A DNA stretch of 64,000 bases, taken from an uncultured Brachyspira sp. Its GTDB lineage: Bacteria; Spirochaetota; JAAYUW01. The notes beneath the pieces are model-generated. The model was not told where the DNA came from. It saw nothing but the letters and a program-made list of their open reading frames with translations, and did not search any database. Shown here in pieces: positions 1 through 9,300 of the stretch. Position 1 is the stretch's first letter, and each line of letters starts with the position of its first letter. The position numbers and the translations under genes were made by a program. Location: the NCBI GenBank assembly GCA_964454835.1, contig CAYVTU010000011.1, positions 26,243 through 90,242 of the forward strand. Reading direction: 5' to 3'.

Positions 1-1180
1 CTATAGATATTAAATCTTCATTTTCAGTATAAATTGCAATAATTTGCCTGAGTTTTTTAACCATTTCTTTTTGTTCTTTTGAACTTATAGCTGAAAAAAG
101 TCGAGAAATTGATTTTAAAATATCTATTGAAGGATATTGATTTTTTTCTGCCAAAGCTCTTGAAAGGACAATATGCCCATCTAAGACTCCTCTTACTGTA
201 TCTGAAATTGGTTCATTTACATCGTCACCTTCTACAAGAACTGTATATATACCTGTTATACTTCCTCTATCTGAACAACCCGCTCTTTCAAAAATTTTAG
301 GTAATAAAGTAAAAACTGATGTAGGATACCCTCTTGTTGCAGGCGGCTCTCCAATCGATAAACCAATCTCTCTCTGAGCCCAGGCAAATCTTGTCATACT
401 ATCAACCATAAGTAAGACATCTTTTCCCAAATCTCGAAAATATTCTGCTATTGTTTGAGCGACATAGATAGATCTTACTCTTTCCAATGGTGAAGCGTCA
501 GAAGTTGCAACTACAACTACTGATCTTGAAAGACCTTCTTTTTGAAGAATATCTTCAATAAATTCTTTAACCTCTCTTCCTCTTTCACCAATAAGACATA
601 TGACATTTACATCGGCTTCTGTATAATGAGCAATCATCCCTAAAAGAGTGGATTTACCAACCCCTGAACCTGCAAATATACCTATTCTTTGACCTTTACC
701 AAGAGTCAAAGGTATATCAATAGCCTTGACTCCTACTGCCAATCTTGATTTTATTCTGCTTCGTTGAAGTGATGATGGAGCTTTATTGAATATAGGATAT
801 CTAGTCTGCGAATATATTTCACCAAGATTATCTATTGGGACACCCATCCCATTTAGAACTCTTCCAAGCAGTTTTTCGGAGACTGGTATTGTCAATGGTT
901 CACCAGTAGCAATAATTATCTGATTTGGTTCTATGCCTACCATATCTGAAAGAGGCATTAATAGCATTTCATTTTCATTAAATCCTACAACTTCTGCAGA
1001 GACAAAATGATCAAAATCATTAGGATCTTCTTTATTTTGAAATATTTTACAAATCTCCCCTACCTGAGCATAAGGACCTTTACCTTTTATTAAAAATCCT
1101 CTTACTTCTTTTACTCTACCTCTATATTTTATTGGATCTATGGTAGAAATAGTCTGTTCATATTTATCATATATAGACAT
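1..1180 (-). CDS. fliI: Flagellum-specific ATPase FliI. It is 3'-partial: the ORF runs off the window start and the C-terminal ~40 aa are missing.
   Basis: Manual translation from ATG at 1180 downward gives an uninterrupted frame to position 2. Walker A GSGVGKST and a Walker B-like LLMVDSMTRFA are present. It sits immediately downstream of fliH. Confidence 0.85.
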   Translation of the reverse strand, partial: MSIYDKYEQTISTIDPIKYRGRVKEVRGFLIKGKGPYAQVGEICKIFQNKEDPNDFDHFVSAEVVGFNENEMLLMPLSDMVGIEPNQIIIATGEPLTIPVSEKLLGRVLNGMGVPIDNLGEIYSQTRYPIFNKAPSSLQRSRIKSRLAVGVKAIDIPLTLGKGQRIGIFAGSGVGKSTLLGMIAHYTEADVNVICLIGERGREVKEFIEDILQKEGLSRSVVVVATSDASPLERVRSIYVAQTIAEYFRDLGKDVLLMVDSMTRFAWAQREIGLSIGEPPATRGYPTSVFTLLPKIFERAGCSDRGSITGIYTVLVEGDDVNEPISDTVRGVLDGHIVLSRALAEKNQYPSIDILKSISRLFSAISSKEQKEMVKKLRQIIAIYTENEDLISI

Positions 1181-1182
1181 TA

Positions 1183-2115
1183 TTACTTTGACTCCTCTAT
1201 CATTCTTTTTTTGATAGGCATAAGCTCGAGTATCTTATCCTCAATTTCCTTTAATTGGAGTGAAATTCTAGCATCAATTTCACCAAAATCTGTTTCTATG
1301 ATACATCCACCTCTTTCTATGGATGAATCTTCTAGGAATTGTATACCTTCTAATCCTTCGATCATCCTTATAAAATCCTCTTTATGCTTCGTAGCCATAC
1401 CTATATCTTCTAGATTTACTCTTATAATAACATTCTTAGAGCCTTTTACTTTTTTTAGTGCTTCAACAACATTGTTAATAATTACAGTTTTTTGATTCTC
1501 GGTAATTATTTTAATAATTTTTTTTACTATCAATAATACTATCGAAACAATTTGATATTCTGTTCCTTCTATTATTTCCTGTCTCTTTGCTATTACTTCA
1601 GAAATTATCTTATGCATTCTCTCTATAAGATGTTTAACTTCTTCTGAACCTTTATTAAATCCATCTTCATAACCCTGGTCATAACCTTGTTTTTTGTTTT
1701 CTTCAATTATCTCTTCACTCTTTTTTTCAGCAGTTTCTATTATCTGCTTCGCTTCTATTTTTGATTCATCTAGAATTCTTTGAGCTTCTTGCTTTATTTT
1801 TTCAATTTCTATATTTGCTTGAGCTTTTGATTCCTTTATTTTTGCAAATGCCAGATCTTCTGCTTTTTGGATTATCTGTTTTGCTTCAATATCTGCTTGA
1901 TTTTTAAGATTTTCATACTCTATTTTCCATTCTTGTTTCAATCTATCGATCTCAAGTTTTACATCTTCAATAGAAGGTCCCCTATAAACAGAAGTTTCAC
2001 CTGTTTTTTCTGTCCCTTCGGTGACTTCTTCTTTTGATTTCAATTTTGGTGGGGGAATTATATATTTTTTGTCAATTTTTCTAATTTCATCATTTTTTAG
2101 GACATTTTTCGCCAT
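1183..2115 (-). CDS. fliH: Flagellar assembly protein FliH (export ATPase regulator)
   Basis: Position between fliG and fliI. The central region is E/K-rich coiled coil, typical of long FliH forms. Its stop lies 2 nt before the fliI ATG. Confidence 0.6.
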   Translation of the reverse strand: MAKNVLKNDEIRKIDKKYIIPPPKLKSKEEVTEGTEKTGETSVYRGPSIEDVKLEIDRLKQEWKIEYENLKNQADIEAKQIIQKAEDLAFAKIKESKAQANIEIEKIKQEAQRILDESKIEAKQIIETAEKKSEEIIEENKKQGYDQGYEDGFNKGSEEVKHLIERMHKIISEVIAKRQEIIEGTEYQIVSIVLLIVKKIIKIITENQKTVIINNVVEALKKVKGSKNVIIRVNLEDIGMATKHKEDFIRMIEGLEGIQFLEDSSIERGGCIIETDFGEIDARISLQLKEIEDKILELMPIKKRMIEESK

Positions 2116-2130
2116 TTTTCATTCCTAAAA

Positions 2131-3162
2131 TTAATATATTATTTCATCTTCACTACCACGAGATATAGTGATTTCACCCGATTGTTCAAGTTTTCTTATA
2201 ATAGATACAATCTTTGATTGAGCTTCTTCAACATCCTTTAATCTTATTGGACCCATAAATTGCATGTCTTCTTTAAGCATTGTTGCTCCTCTTTTCGACA
2301 TGTTTCTGAATATTTTATCTTGAACTTCTGCTTCAACATTTTTTAATGCTTTTGCCAGATCGTTTGTATCTACTTCTCTAAGCAATCGCATAACTGAACG
2401 ATCATCAAGTTGAACAATATCTTCAAATACAAACATGTTTTTCTTGATCTCTTCTGCAAGCTCAGGATCTTCTTCTTCAAGTTTTTCAAGAATATTTTTC
2501 TGAGTAGTTTGATCTGAAGCATTAAGAATATTTACAGCAGCAGGAACGCCACCAACACTTGCAAACTCTTCTGAAGCTATAGCAGAGATCTGTCTTTCAA
2601 GAATTCTTTCAACTTCTCTTACTATTTCTGGTGATGTTCTATCCATTTTTGCTATTCTTCTAGTAACATCAGCCTGTAAAGTCGGATTTAACTGCTGCAA
2701 AATAGTGGCCGCTTTCTTTTGATCTAAATAAGATAAAATCAAAGAAATAGTTTGAGGATGTTCATTTTGAATAAAGTTTATAAGATGTTGTGGATCTGTT
2801 CTTCTAGCAAACTCAAATGGTCTTACAGCCATAGTAGTAGTTAGTCTGTTAATGATGTCTACTGCTTTTTGTGATCCAAGAGCCTTTTCAAGTAATTCTT
2901 TAGCATAATCTAAGCCACCAGTAGTAATAAAATCCTGAGCCATCATTAATTCCTGGAATTCCATTAGGACTTTATCTCTTTCTTCTGGATCTACCTTTTC
3001 TATTCTTGCTATTTCATAAGTAATTGAATCAACTTCTTCTTCTTTTAAATATTTTAATACCTGAGATGCTACTTCAGAACCTAAGGTAACAAGAAATATT
3101 GCTGCTTTTTTCTTTCCTGTTAGTTTTGTCTTTTCTTTTGTTTTAGGTGCAGCTTTTCCCAT
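2131..3162 (-). CDS. fliG: Flagellar motor switch protein FliG
   Basis: 343 aa. FliG-like N-terminal and C-terminal domains are recognisable. It sits in the conserved fliF-fliG-fliH order. Confidence 0.85.
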   Translation of the reverse strand: MGKAAPKTKEKTKLTGKKKAAIFLVTLGSEVASQVLKYLKEEEVDSITYEIARIEKVDPEERDKVLMEFQELMMAQDFITTGGLDYAKELLEKALGSQKAVDIINRLTTTMAVRPFEFARRTDPQHLINFIQNEHPQTISLILSYLDQKKAATILQQLNPTLQADVTRRIAKMDRTSPEIVREVERILERQISAIASEEFASVGGVPAAVNILNASDQTTQKNILEKLEEEDPELAEEIKKNMFVFEDIVQLDDRSVMRLLREVDTNDLAKALKNVEAEVQDKIFRNMSKRGATMLKEDMQFMGPIRLKDVEEAQSKIVSIIRKLEQSGEITISRGSEDEIIY

Positions 3163-3227
3163 TTTATTCCTCTTTTCTAATTTTTTTATTAAAACATTAT
3201 AATTTAGTTTAACAAAATCAATCAGTT

Positions 3228-4940
3228 TTAACCTACATCCTCAGCAAGCCATGTTCTAATAAGTTTAGCGACCTCTTCTGGATGTTCTCTTGCAACATTA
3301 ATTGCATTTTCCTGCATTTCAAGTCTAGCCTTTTCTTCCATAGAAAGCTCAACTTCAATTCCTTCTTTTTCAGCTGCTCTAAGGGCTTTTTCTCTAAGTT
3401 CCTGCTGCTTTCTGAGAAGTTCTTCTTCTTTAAGTTTTTTCCTTCTTTGAACTTCGGCTGAAATCACTCTATATAATACAATTATAAGAAGAAAAACTAA
3501 AATAGAAACAAATGATGTTATCAAAGCTTTTCTCAATAAATCTTTTCTTTTAATTATAGCATCTTCAGCTGCAAATTCTGCTTCATGGTTAAATGCTATA
3601 TTTTGAACTGTTACTAAATCACCCCTTGCCTTATCATATCCAATTGCACCTTTAACAACTTCTTCTATTTTACTTATATCTTCTTCTGAAAGTGGAGTAT
3701 ATTTTCTTTTGTATCCTAGTTTAGCTTTATCTACTACTAGATTACCTTTGCTATCTACCTCTATTTCCCATAATCCATCTACCATTACTGAACAGGATAT
3801 TTTCCCTATTTGATAAGGAGTCATAGAAGAAACAACTTTTTCTCTTGATAATTCATAATTTTTAGTCTGTTGATTTTCGTTTACAACAACCGAACTTGGT
3901 AAAAGTTCTTTATATCCTGGTGGGACATTAGGTTCTGTCCCTGGAGGACCTTCTGGTATTGTCTGAGGACCTTTATATTCTTTTTGTATACTCTGTTCAG
4001 AAATTGTGACATTTGGAACAACTACTGAGTCATCATAAGGGGTATTTGGGTTATCAGGTTTTATAACAACAGGAATTATTTTATTTGCTTCACTTTGTAC
4101 TTGATCGAATCTAATATCAATATCTAATTGAATATCTATCTTATTTTTACCTATTATTTTTTGAAGTTGTTCTCGAATTCTTTGCTCAATTTTTACTCTT
4201 TCTCTTTCTTTAATCTGAAGCTGTTGTTTAACTATTTCAAGATATGCTGCATTATCCTGAGAACTAAAATCAGAAACTATATTACCCGAAGGATCTGTTA
4301 TTACGACATTTTCTTCTTTAAGTCCAGGTATTCCAAAAGCAACAAGTTTCTTTATACCTTCAATTTGCTTCCTGTTTTCAAAAAGATTAGAATAAGGTTT
4401 TGGTATAATAGTTAAAGAAGCAGTAATTTCCTGTGTATTAGAGGTAAAAAGACTTTCTTTAGGCCATGCTATATTCAAATAACATTCCTCGACCCCATCA
4501 AGGAGTTTTAATTGCCTTTCAATTTCACCTTTTATTGCTCTTTTAAGATTAACATCTCTTTCAAAATCAGTTGTTGTCCATTTTTGAGTATCAAATAATT
4601 CCCAGCCTGTCACATTATTAGGAATTATTCCCTGCTGTCCTAGTTTCATTCTTAAAGTTTGAGCAGTTTTTTGATCCTTGACTATTATATATTTATCATC
4701 CTTAGTAGAAAAATCAGTATTCAAATCCTGCAAAGCCTTTGTAACTTTTGCATAATCTTCAGGTGAAAGTGGTTTTTGAAATAATAGAGTCTTATCGGGT
4801 TTTGATGAAAATCCTATTATAATTATTAATGCAATAACCACAACACCAATTACAGAAAATATTATGATTTTTTGTGTTTGATTTAATTTTGACAAATTTG
4901 ATGAGAAAAACTCACCAATTTTTTTGAAAAAATCTGCCAT
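3228..4940 (-). CDS. fliF: Flagellar MS-ring protein FliF
   Basis: About 570 aa, with an N-terminal TM segment, a large periplasmic region and a C-terminal TM. The likely start is ATG at 4940 (MADFFKK). The ORF track extends to a TTG at 4952 through a G9 run. Confidence 0.85.
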   Translation of the reverse strand: MADFFKKIGEFFSSNLSKLNQTQKIIIFSVIGVVVIALIIIIGFSSKPDKTLLFQKPLSPEDYAKVTKALQDLNTDFSTKDDKYIIVKDQKTAQTLRMKLGQQGIIPNNVTGWELFDTQKWTTTDFERDVNLKRAIKGEIERQLKLLDGVEECYLNIAWPKESLFTSNTQEITASLTIIPKPYSNLFENRKQIEGIKKLVAFGIPGLKEENVVITDPSGNIVSDFSSQDNAAYLEIVKQQLQIKERERVKIEQRIREQLQKIIGKNKIDIQLDIDIRFDQVQSEANKIIPVVIKPDNPNTPYDDSVVVPNVTISEQSIQKEYKGPQTIPEGPPGTEPNVPPGYKELLPSSVVVNENQQTKNYELSREKVVSSMTPYQIGKISCSVMVDGLWEIEVDSKGNLVVDKAKLGYKRKYTPLSEEDISKIEEVVKGAIGYDKARGDLVTVQNIAFNHEAEFAAEDAIIKRKDLLRKALITSFVSILVFLLIIVLYRVISAEVQRRKKLKEEELLRKQQELREKALRAAEKEGIEVELSMEEKARLEMQENAINVAREHPEEVAKLIRTWLAEDVG

Positions 4941-4941
4941 A

Positions 4942-4950
4942 CCCCCCCCC
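4942..4950 (-). repeat. Homopolymeric G9 (C9 on the + strand) directly upstream of, or at, the fliF start
   Basis: Read directly: ccccccccc at 4942-4950, in an otherwise very AT-rich region. Confidence 0.9.
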
Positions 4951-5053
4951 AATAAAAAAGCAGATATTATCTATCTAATTTATTAACCTTTACTCCCTTA
5001 AAGGTTATAAAATGTTATTTTTTATATTATTTTGCTCTTTATTCTTTACTTCC

Positions 5054-5082
5054 TTATATAGATTTTACTTATATAGATTTTA
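5054..5082. repeat. Tandem direct repeat in the fliE-fliF intergenic region: 2 x TTATATAGATTTTA with a 15-nt period
   Basis: Read directly at 5054-5067 and 5069-5082. Confidence 0.8.
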
Positions 5083-5130
5083 ATTTAATTTTTTTTTATT
5101 TCTATTAATTTCATCTTTTTTCTAATTTTT

Positions 5131-5508
5131 TTAACGAATATTAATCAATTCTTTATAACCAGTAATTAATTTATTAATAACTGACTTTGTAAGATTTAAT
5201 GCAATTTCTGCTTCTTTAGCAGCTATTGTAACATCGTCTATATTTGTGTTATCGGGATCTTCAATCAATTGTTGTTGAAGTAGTTCTGCATTGACAATTG
5301 CCATATTTGTATCATTGATGGATTTTGTCAAATAATTCAAAAAAGTCGGTGAACTAGAGTTATCTTTTTCAATATAATTAAAATGCTTTGGTGAAGTCGA
5401 ATTCATCTTAACTTTATGACCCGACGGATTAATAGAAGAAACATTTAAAACATTTGGAGCTTCGACTCCTCTGACAATACTTGAAATTGAATTAAAATAC
5501 TGTTGCAT
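5131..5508 (-). CDS. fliE: Flagellar hook-basal body protein FliE
   Basis: The C-terminal region matches the FliE consensus (…AIVNAELLQQQLI…AKEAEIALNLTKSVINKLITGYKELINI). It lies between flgC and fliF. A GGGGGAGGGG SD precedes the ATG. Confidence 0.7.
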   Translation of the reverse strand: MQQYFNSISSIVRGVEAPNVLNVSSINPSGHKVKMNSTSPKHFNYIEKDNSSSPTFLNYLTKSINDTNMAIVNAELLQQQLIEDPDNTNIDDVTIAAKEAEIALNLTKSVINKLITGYKELINIR

Positions 5509-5609
5509 CCCCTCCCCCTACTAAAAAAAATAAATCATTTTATATATTATAAAAATATAAAAATGTTTAACATAATTTTTTAAACAATTTCATATTTATA
5601 TATAAAACA

Positions 5610-6059
5610 TTATTTTAATATGTCAATACTTTTCATATATAATTGTTTAGCATTTGTTATAACAACACTATTTGCTTCGTAACTTCTTGAAGCACTTATT
5701 AAATCTGTCATTTCTTTTACAACGTTTACATTAGGCATCATCACATATCCTTTTTTAGGACCAGATTGAATTGCATCGGGATGATTAGGGTCCCATACAA
5801 GTCTAAAAGGGGACTCATCTGCTTCTATTTTTACAACTTTAACACCTTTCCCAATGCTATTTTCATAACCAGGCGGGGTAAATGGAGAAAGAAATTGAGG
5901 TTGTTCATCATAAGTTCTGAAAATAACCATCTTCCTTTTATATGCTCCTCCCTCAGGAGTTCTAGTTGTATTTGCGTTTGCAATATTGTTAGCAATAACA
6001 TCCATTCTTAGTCTTTGAGCTGACAATCCAGTAGAAGCTATATTAAATGCTCCAAGCAT
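5610..6059 (-). CDS. flgC: Flagellar basal-body rod protein FlgC
   Basis: N-terminus MLGAFNIASTGLSAQRLRMDVIANNIANANTT is the canonical FlgC rod motif. Confidence 0.85.
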   Translation of the reverse strand: MLGAFNIASTGLSAQRLRMDVIANNIANANTTRTPEGGAYKRKMVIFRTYDEQPQFLSPFTPPGYENSIGKGVKVVKIEADESPFRLVWDPNHPDAIQSGPKKGYVMMPNVNVVKEMTDLISASRSYEANSVVITNAKQLYMKSIDILK

Positions 6060-6087
6060 GATTTTACCTTTTTAGAGATTTAACTAA

Positions 6088-6095
6088 ATATCGGT
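6088..6095 (-). promoter_or_regulatory. Possible sigma28-type -10 element (ACCGATAT) upstream of flgC; the -35 element is weak
   Basis: The minus strand reads tACCGATATtt about 30 nt upstream of the flgC ATG. It matches the -10 seen at fliS and at the 13711 gene, but there is no good TAAA at N15. Confidence 0.25.
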
Positions 6096-6157
6096 AAAAT
6101 AGAAAATTTGATAATAGAAAAATTAAAAATATTTTTAAATTTTGAAAAATTTTTAAT

Positions 6158-7084
6158 TTATAAATTTTGAAGTTTTTTAATCATTAACGCTATTTTAGAT
6201 GCTACCTCTGTATTATTATATATTAAAGACATATTTGATTTTAAAGTTCTACCTTTACTTAAAAAAGAAAGCTTTTCCAGTAAATATGGTGTAACATCCT
6301 TTCCAGATATGTTTTTATTCTCTAATTCAATTATTGAAGAATCAATTATTTTTGAAATTTCAGAAAAAAGTATCTCATCTTTTTCTGGTATTGGATTAAC
6401 AACAAGAATAGTACTTGTCATTCCTATATTTTTATTAAAGATATATGAATTGGCAATTTGCTTTTCATCTTCTGCTACCAGTTGAAGTTTAATGCCTGAA
6501 TATCTAGAATAAAAAGCTGGAAAATCATCTGTTTTGTAGCCAATAACAGGGATTTCAAAGGTTTCTAAAATTTCTATTGTCTTAGGAATATCTAAAATCG
6601 ACTTACAACCCGCGCATACAACGATGCCAGAATATTTAGATAAGGCATGAACATCAGCAGAAATATCAAAAGTTTTTTCTGCATTTCTATGAACTCCACC
6701 AATACCACCAGTAGCAAAACAGTCAATTCCAACCAGGCTAGCAAGATATAATGTTGCTGCTACTGTTGTTCCTGCATTAAGTTTTTTTGAATAGCAATAT
6801 CCAAGATCTTTTGTAGATGATTTAAATGATTTAGAAGAATTTTTAGCAAGCATCTCTATTTCATCATCACTTAATCCAATTTTTGGAATCCCTTGAATAA
6901 TTCCAATGGTAGCTGGAATAACACCATATTCTCGGGCAATTTTCTGGCATTTCTTAGCAACTTCAAGATTTGTGGGATATGGTAATCCATGGGTAATTAT
7001 AGTTGATTCCAATGCAATAATAGGTTTTTTTTCATCTAATCCATTTTTTACTTCATCTGAAATCTTTAAAAATTCCATTTTCAT
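6158..7084 (-). CDS. psuG: Pseudouridine-5'-phosphate glycosidase
   Basis: IIALESTIITHGLPYPTNLEVAKK…IPATIGIIQG matches the PsuG (indigoidine synthase A-like) N-terminal signature. Confidence 0.8.
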   Translation of the reverse strand: MKMEFLKISDEVKNGLDEKKPIIALESTIITHGLPYPTNLEVAKKCQKIAREYGVIPATIGIIQGIPKIGLSDDEIEMLAKNSSKSFKSSTKDLGYCYSKKLNAGTTVAATLYLASLVGIDCFATGGIGGVHRNAEKTFDISADVHALSKYSGIVVCAGCKSILDIPKTIEILETFEIPVIGYKTDDFPAFYSRYSGIKLQLVAEDEKQIANSYIFNKNIGMTSTILVVNPIPEKDEILFSEISKIIDSSIIELENKNISGKDVTPYLLEKLSFLSKGRTLKSNMSLIYNNTEVASKIALMIKKLQNL

Positions 7085-7196
7085 TTTTTACCTTCTTAAC
7101 AATATTAACTTCTTACAATTTTATATTATTTCCTTAATGATGAAATTAAAATTTAATTACTTTCAAGTATATTATAAACTTTCATAACTAATATTT

Positions 7197-8120
7197 TCAT
7201 ATATTATTAATTTTATATAGATAATCCAGTACTTTTTCCATTCCTATAGTTATAGATTCCTTTATTGAAAAGCCATTCGCAATCGATTCTACAACTTTTG
7301 CGAACAAAAAATCCCCTGCGCCAGTTGTGTCTTTAGTATCCAATACTCTGGAAGGCTTGAAAACAAAAGAATTTTTATCTTTTTTCTTATATAAAATTGC
7401 TCCATCTGGTCCTTGTGTCTTTAATATATATTCTATATTTTGCTTTTCCATATATTCAAATACTGAGGTATTGCCTTCTACTAAAGAATTGAATTCATGG
7501 ATATCGGGTGAAGTAAAATAAATATCTTTTAAAACTTCTTTTGCCCTTTTTGCTTTTTCCATTGAAATTGTTTCAAAAAAAATCTTACATTTTTTAGTCT
7601 TTAATTTTAATAAAATTTTTTCTAATTCAAAATTGTCTATATTAGAATCAAGAATGCAAATATCTTTTTCTTCAATCTTTTCAAGAAATGGCAAAATATT
7701 TGAAAAATTAAGATTTTCTTCTATAATCCTAAAATCAGCGGTTGCAACATAGCAATCACCATTTTCCATAAGAGTATTATATATGGAAGTCGGGTATTTT
7801 TCTGACATTAAAAATATTATTTTAGGAATATTATCAATAATATTTTTTTCAATATTTTTAATATTTGAAATATCTTCAATCGTTGCTATATTAACTTCTT
7901 GATTATCTATATTATTAACAATAATTTTTCCAAAAGGATCATTTCCAATAATTGAAATAAAAAGTTTTTGTTTTATTTCTAGAAATTTAAAAATATTATA
8001 CCCTACTCCACCAATTCTATAATTGAATCTAGATGGATTTGAGGTCCCTCTTGAAAACTTTTCTTTTGTAAATATAAAATCACAGGATATTCCACCAAAT
8101 ATATATATCTTTTTGACTCT
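7197..8120 (-). CDS. psuK: PfkB-family carbohydrate kinase, probably pseudouridine kinase. The full-length frame has no canonical AUG at its 5' end.
   Basis: The track ORF 7197..7808 carries the C-terminal PfkB motif DTTGAGDFLF. The same frame is open upstream to a TAA at 8121-8123 and encodes a PfkB N-terminus (…KKIYIFGGISCDFIF…RIGGVGYNIF…ISIIGNDPFGKII). It is adjacent to psuG. Confidence 0.6.
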   Translation of the reverse strand, partial: RVKKIYIFGGISCDFIFTKEKFSRGTSNPSRFNYRIGGVGYNIFKFLEIKQKLFISIIGNDPFGKIIVNNIDNQEVNIATIEDISNIKNIEKNIIDNIPKIIFLMSEKYPTSIYNTLMENGDCYVATADFRIIEENLNFSNILPFLEKIEEKDICILDSNIDNFELEKILLKLKTKKCKIFFETISMEKAKRAKEVLKDIYFTSPDIHEFNSLVEGNTSVFEYMEKQNIEYILKTQGPDGAILYKKKDKNSFVFKPSRVLDTKDTTGAGDFLFAKVVESIANGFSIKESITIGMEKVLDYLYKINNI

Positions 8121-8314
8121 TTATTTCCTATTTTTAGCAGATTTTTTATGAAAAAATACTATTAAAAAACAAAAAAAAATCAATAATTTAAGAAACAAAA
8201 AAATAAAAAAATAATAAATTATACAATATTAAAAATAATTGAAAAAAAGAAGTATTAAAATAATACTTTGAAAATAATAAGAAAAAAATTAAGAAAAATT
8301 AAAAAATTACTAAT

Positions 8315-8623
8315 CTATTTTTCTGTAAAAGAATAAAGCCACTTTGAATACTTAAACGAAGCTATTACTTTATCTTTTGGGAAACTCAAGACTTTTTTCA
8401 GGTTTGTTTTCATAGAAGAAAAGTCTTTAGTTCTCTTTAATATACTTGAAGGTGAAGAAATAAATGGATAACCCGTATTTATCCTGATAAACCAATGTGT
8501 CGCTCCCTGACTTATTGCTCCTGGTGGAATTATATAGAAACCAGTAAAAAAATAAAAAATAAAAAGCAAAACCAGAATAAGAATAATCAAAAATCCAAAG
8601 AAATTTTTACTCTTTCTTCTCAT
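8315..8623 (-). CDS. Small membrane protein, function unknown
   Basis: 102-aa ORF with one hydrophobic helix. No recognisable family. Confidence 0.35.
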   Translation of the reverse strand: MRRKSKNFFGFLIILILVLLFIFYFFTGFYIIPPGAISQGATHWFIRINTGYPFISSPSSILKRTKDFSSMKTNLKKVLSFPKDKVIASFKYSKWLYSFTEK

Positions 8624-8809
8624 AATTTTTTCCTATTTTGTAATCAATTGTCTTCAGAAAATATTTTAATTTAATTTATCAAAAAAGAAAGAGTTGATAA
8701 AATTTTTATGATAAGTTTTAATGATATTATTGTCTTATTTAGTTATTTTTCTGCAATTAAAATTTAATATAAGATAATTTAATGAGGTCTTATAAATTAT
8801 TAATTAGAT

Positions 8810-9150
8810 TGGAGGTGGGGAGAGTCGAACTCCCGTCCTACAAGGTTTGATAATCGATATCTACATGCTTATGAATTTTTTAATCTCGTTTATTTCAGGG
8901 AAAATCCCAAACCTGAAATAAGCCAGTCTGTAAATTTACTTTCATCTTCCAGACAGAGATGAAAGTTTGCTTCTGTTGTCGGGGGAAGTTCTGAAACCAG
9001 AAGCAATCTCAGACTTCCCTGCTGCGCTTAATTAGGCAGCAAGTGCTAATGAATTGTTGTCAATTCGTTTTTTTCTGCGGTTTTAAGACATACAGAAAGT
9101 CTGCATGCAATCCATTACCTTGCCTTACAGTCGAAACCAGATTCACCCCC
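8810..9150 (-). ncRNA. ssrA: tmRNA (transfer-messenger RNA)
   Basis: On the minus strand the 5' end GGGGGTGAATCTGGTTTCGAC… pairs with the 3' end …GGACGGGAGTTCGACTCTCCCCACCTCCA (a tRNA-like acceptor and T-arm; CCA is not encoded). An internal tag reading frame ends …GACAACAATTCATTAGCACTTGCTGCCTAA, i.e. …DNNSLALAA-stop. Confidence 0.85.
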
Positions 9151-9300
9151 ATTAAAGGTATGATTATCTGTTCACTTATATAGATAATAAAAATTGGTAA
9201 AAATGTCAAATTTTTTAACAATCAATAAAAAATTTATTTTCCTCTTGTAAAATTTTTTTTTACTTTTATTAATAAGATGATTCATCCATGGGGAGAAAAA

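Noticed and set aside
1-6. TAG at positions 1-3 (reverse complement of cta) looked like the fliI stop codon, which would make fliI complete at 393 aa
   Set aside because: Frame counting from the ATG at 1180 puts codons at coordinates congruent to 2 mod 3, so the TAG is out of frame. The last in-frame residues are …ENEDLISI, and FliI normally continues ~40 aa further. The gene runs off the window.
1211-1495. 94-aa + strand ORF inside fliH. Likewise 4128-4415, 5766-6011, 6906-7187, 9786-10160, 12116-12316, 16774-17286, 19133-19450 and other antisense ORFs in the track.
   Set aside because: They lie fully inside well-supported genes on the opposite strand. They have low-complexity, AT-codon-driven composition and no SD. 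These are spurious antisense frames.
6060-6157. Full sigma28 promoter upstream of flgC
   Set aside because: Only the -10 (ACCGATAT) matches. The -35 at N14-16 reads TTAT/ATTA/TATC rather than TAAA. It is retained only as a low-confidence feature.
8315-8623. The small ORF next to ssrA as smpB
   Set aside because: SmpB is ~150 aa, soluble and basic. This ORF is 102 aa with a TM helix and has no SmpB motifs.
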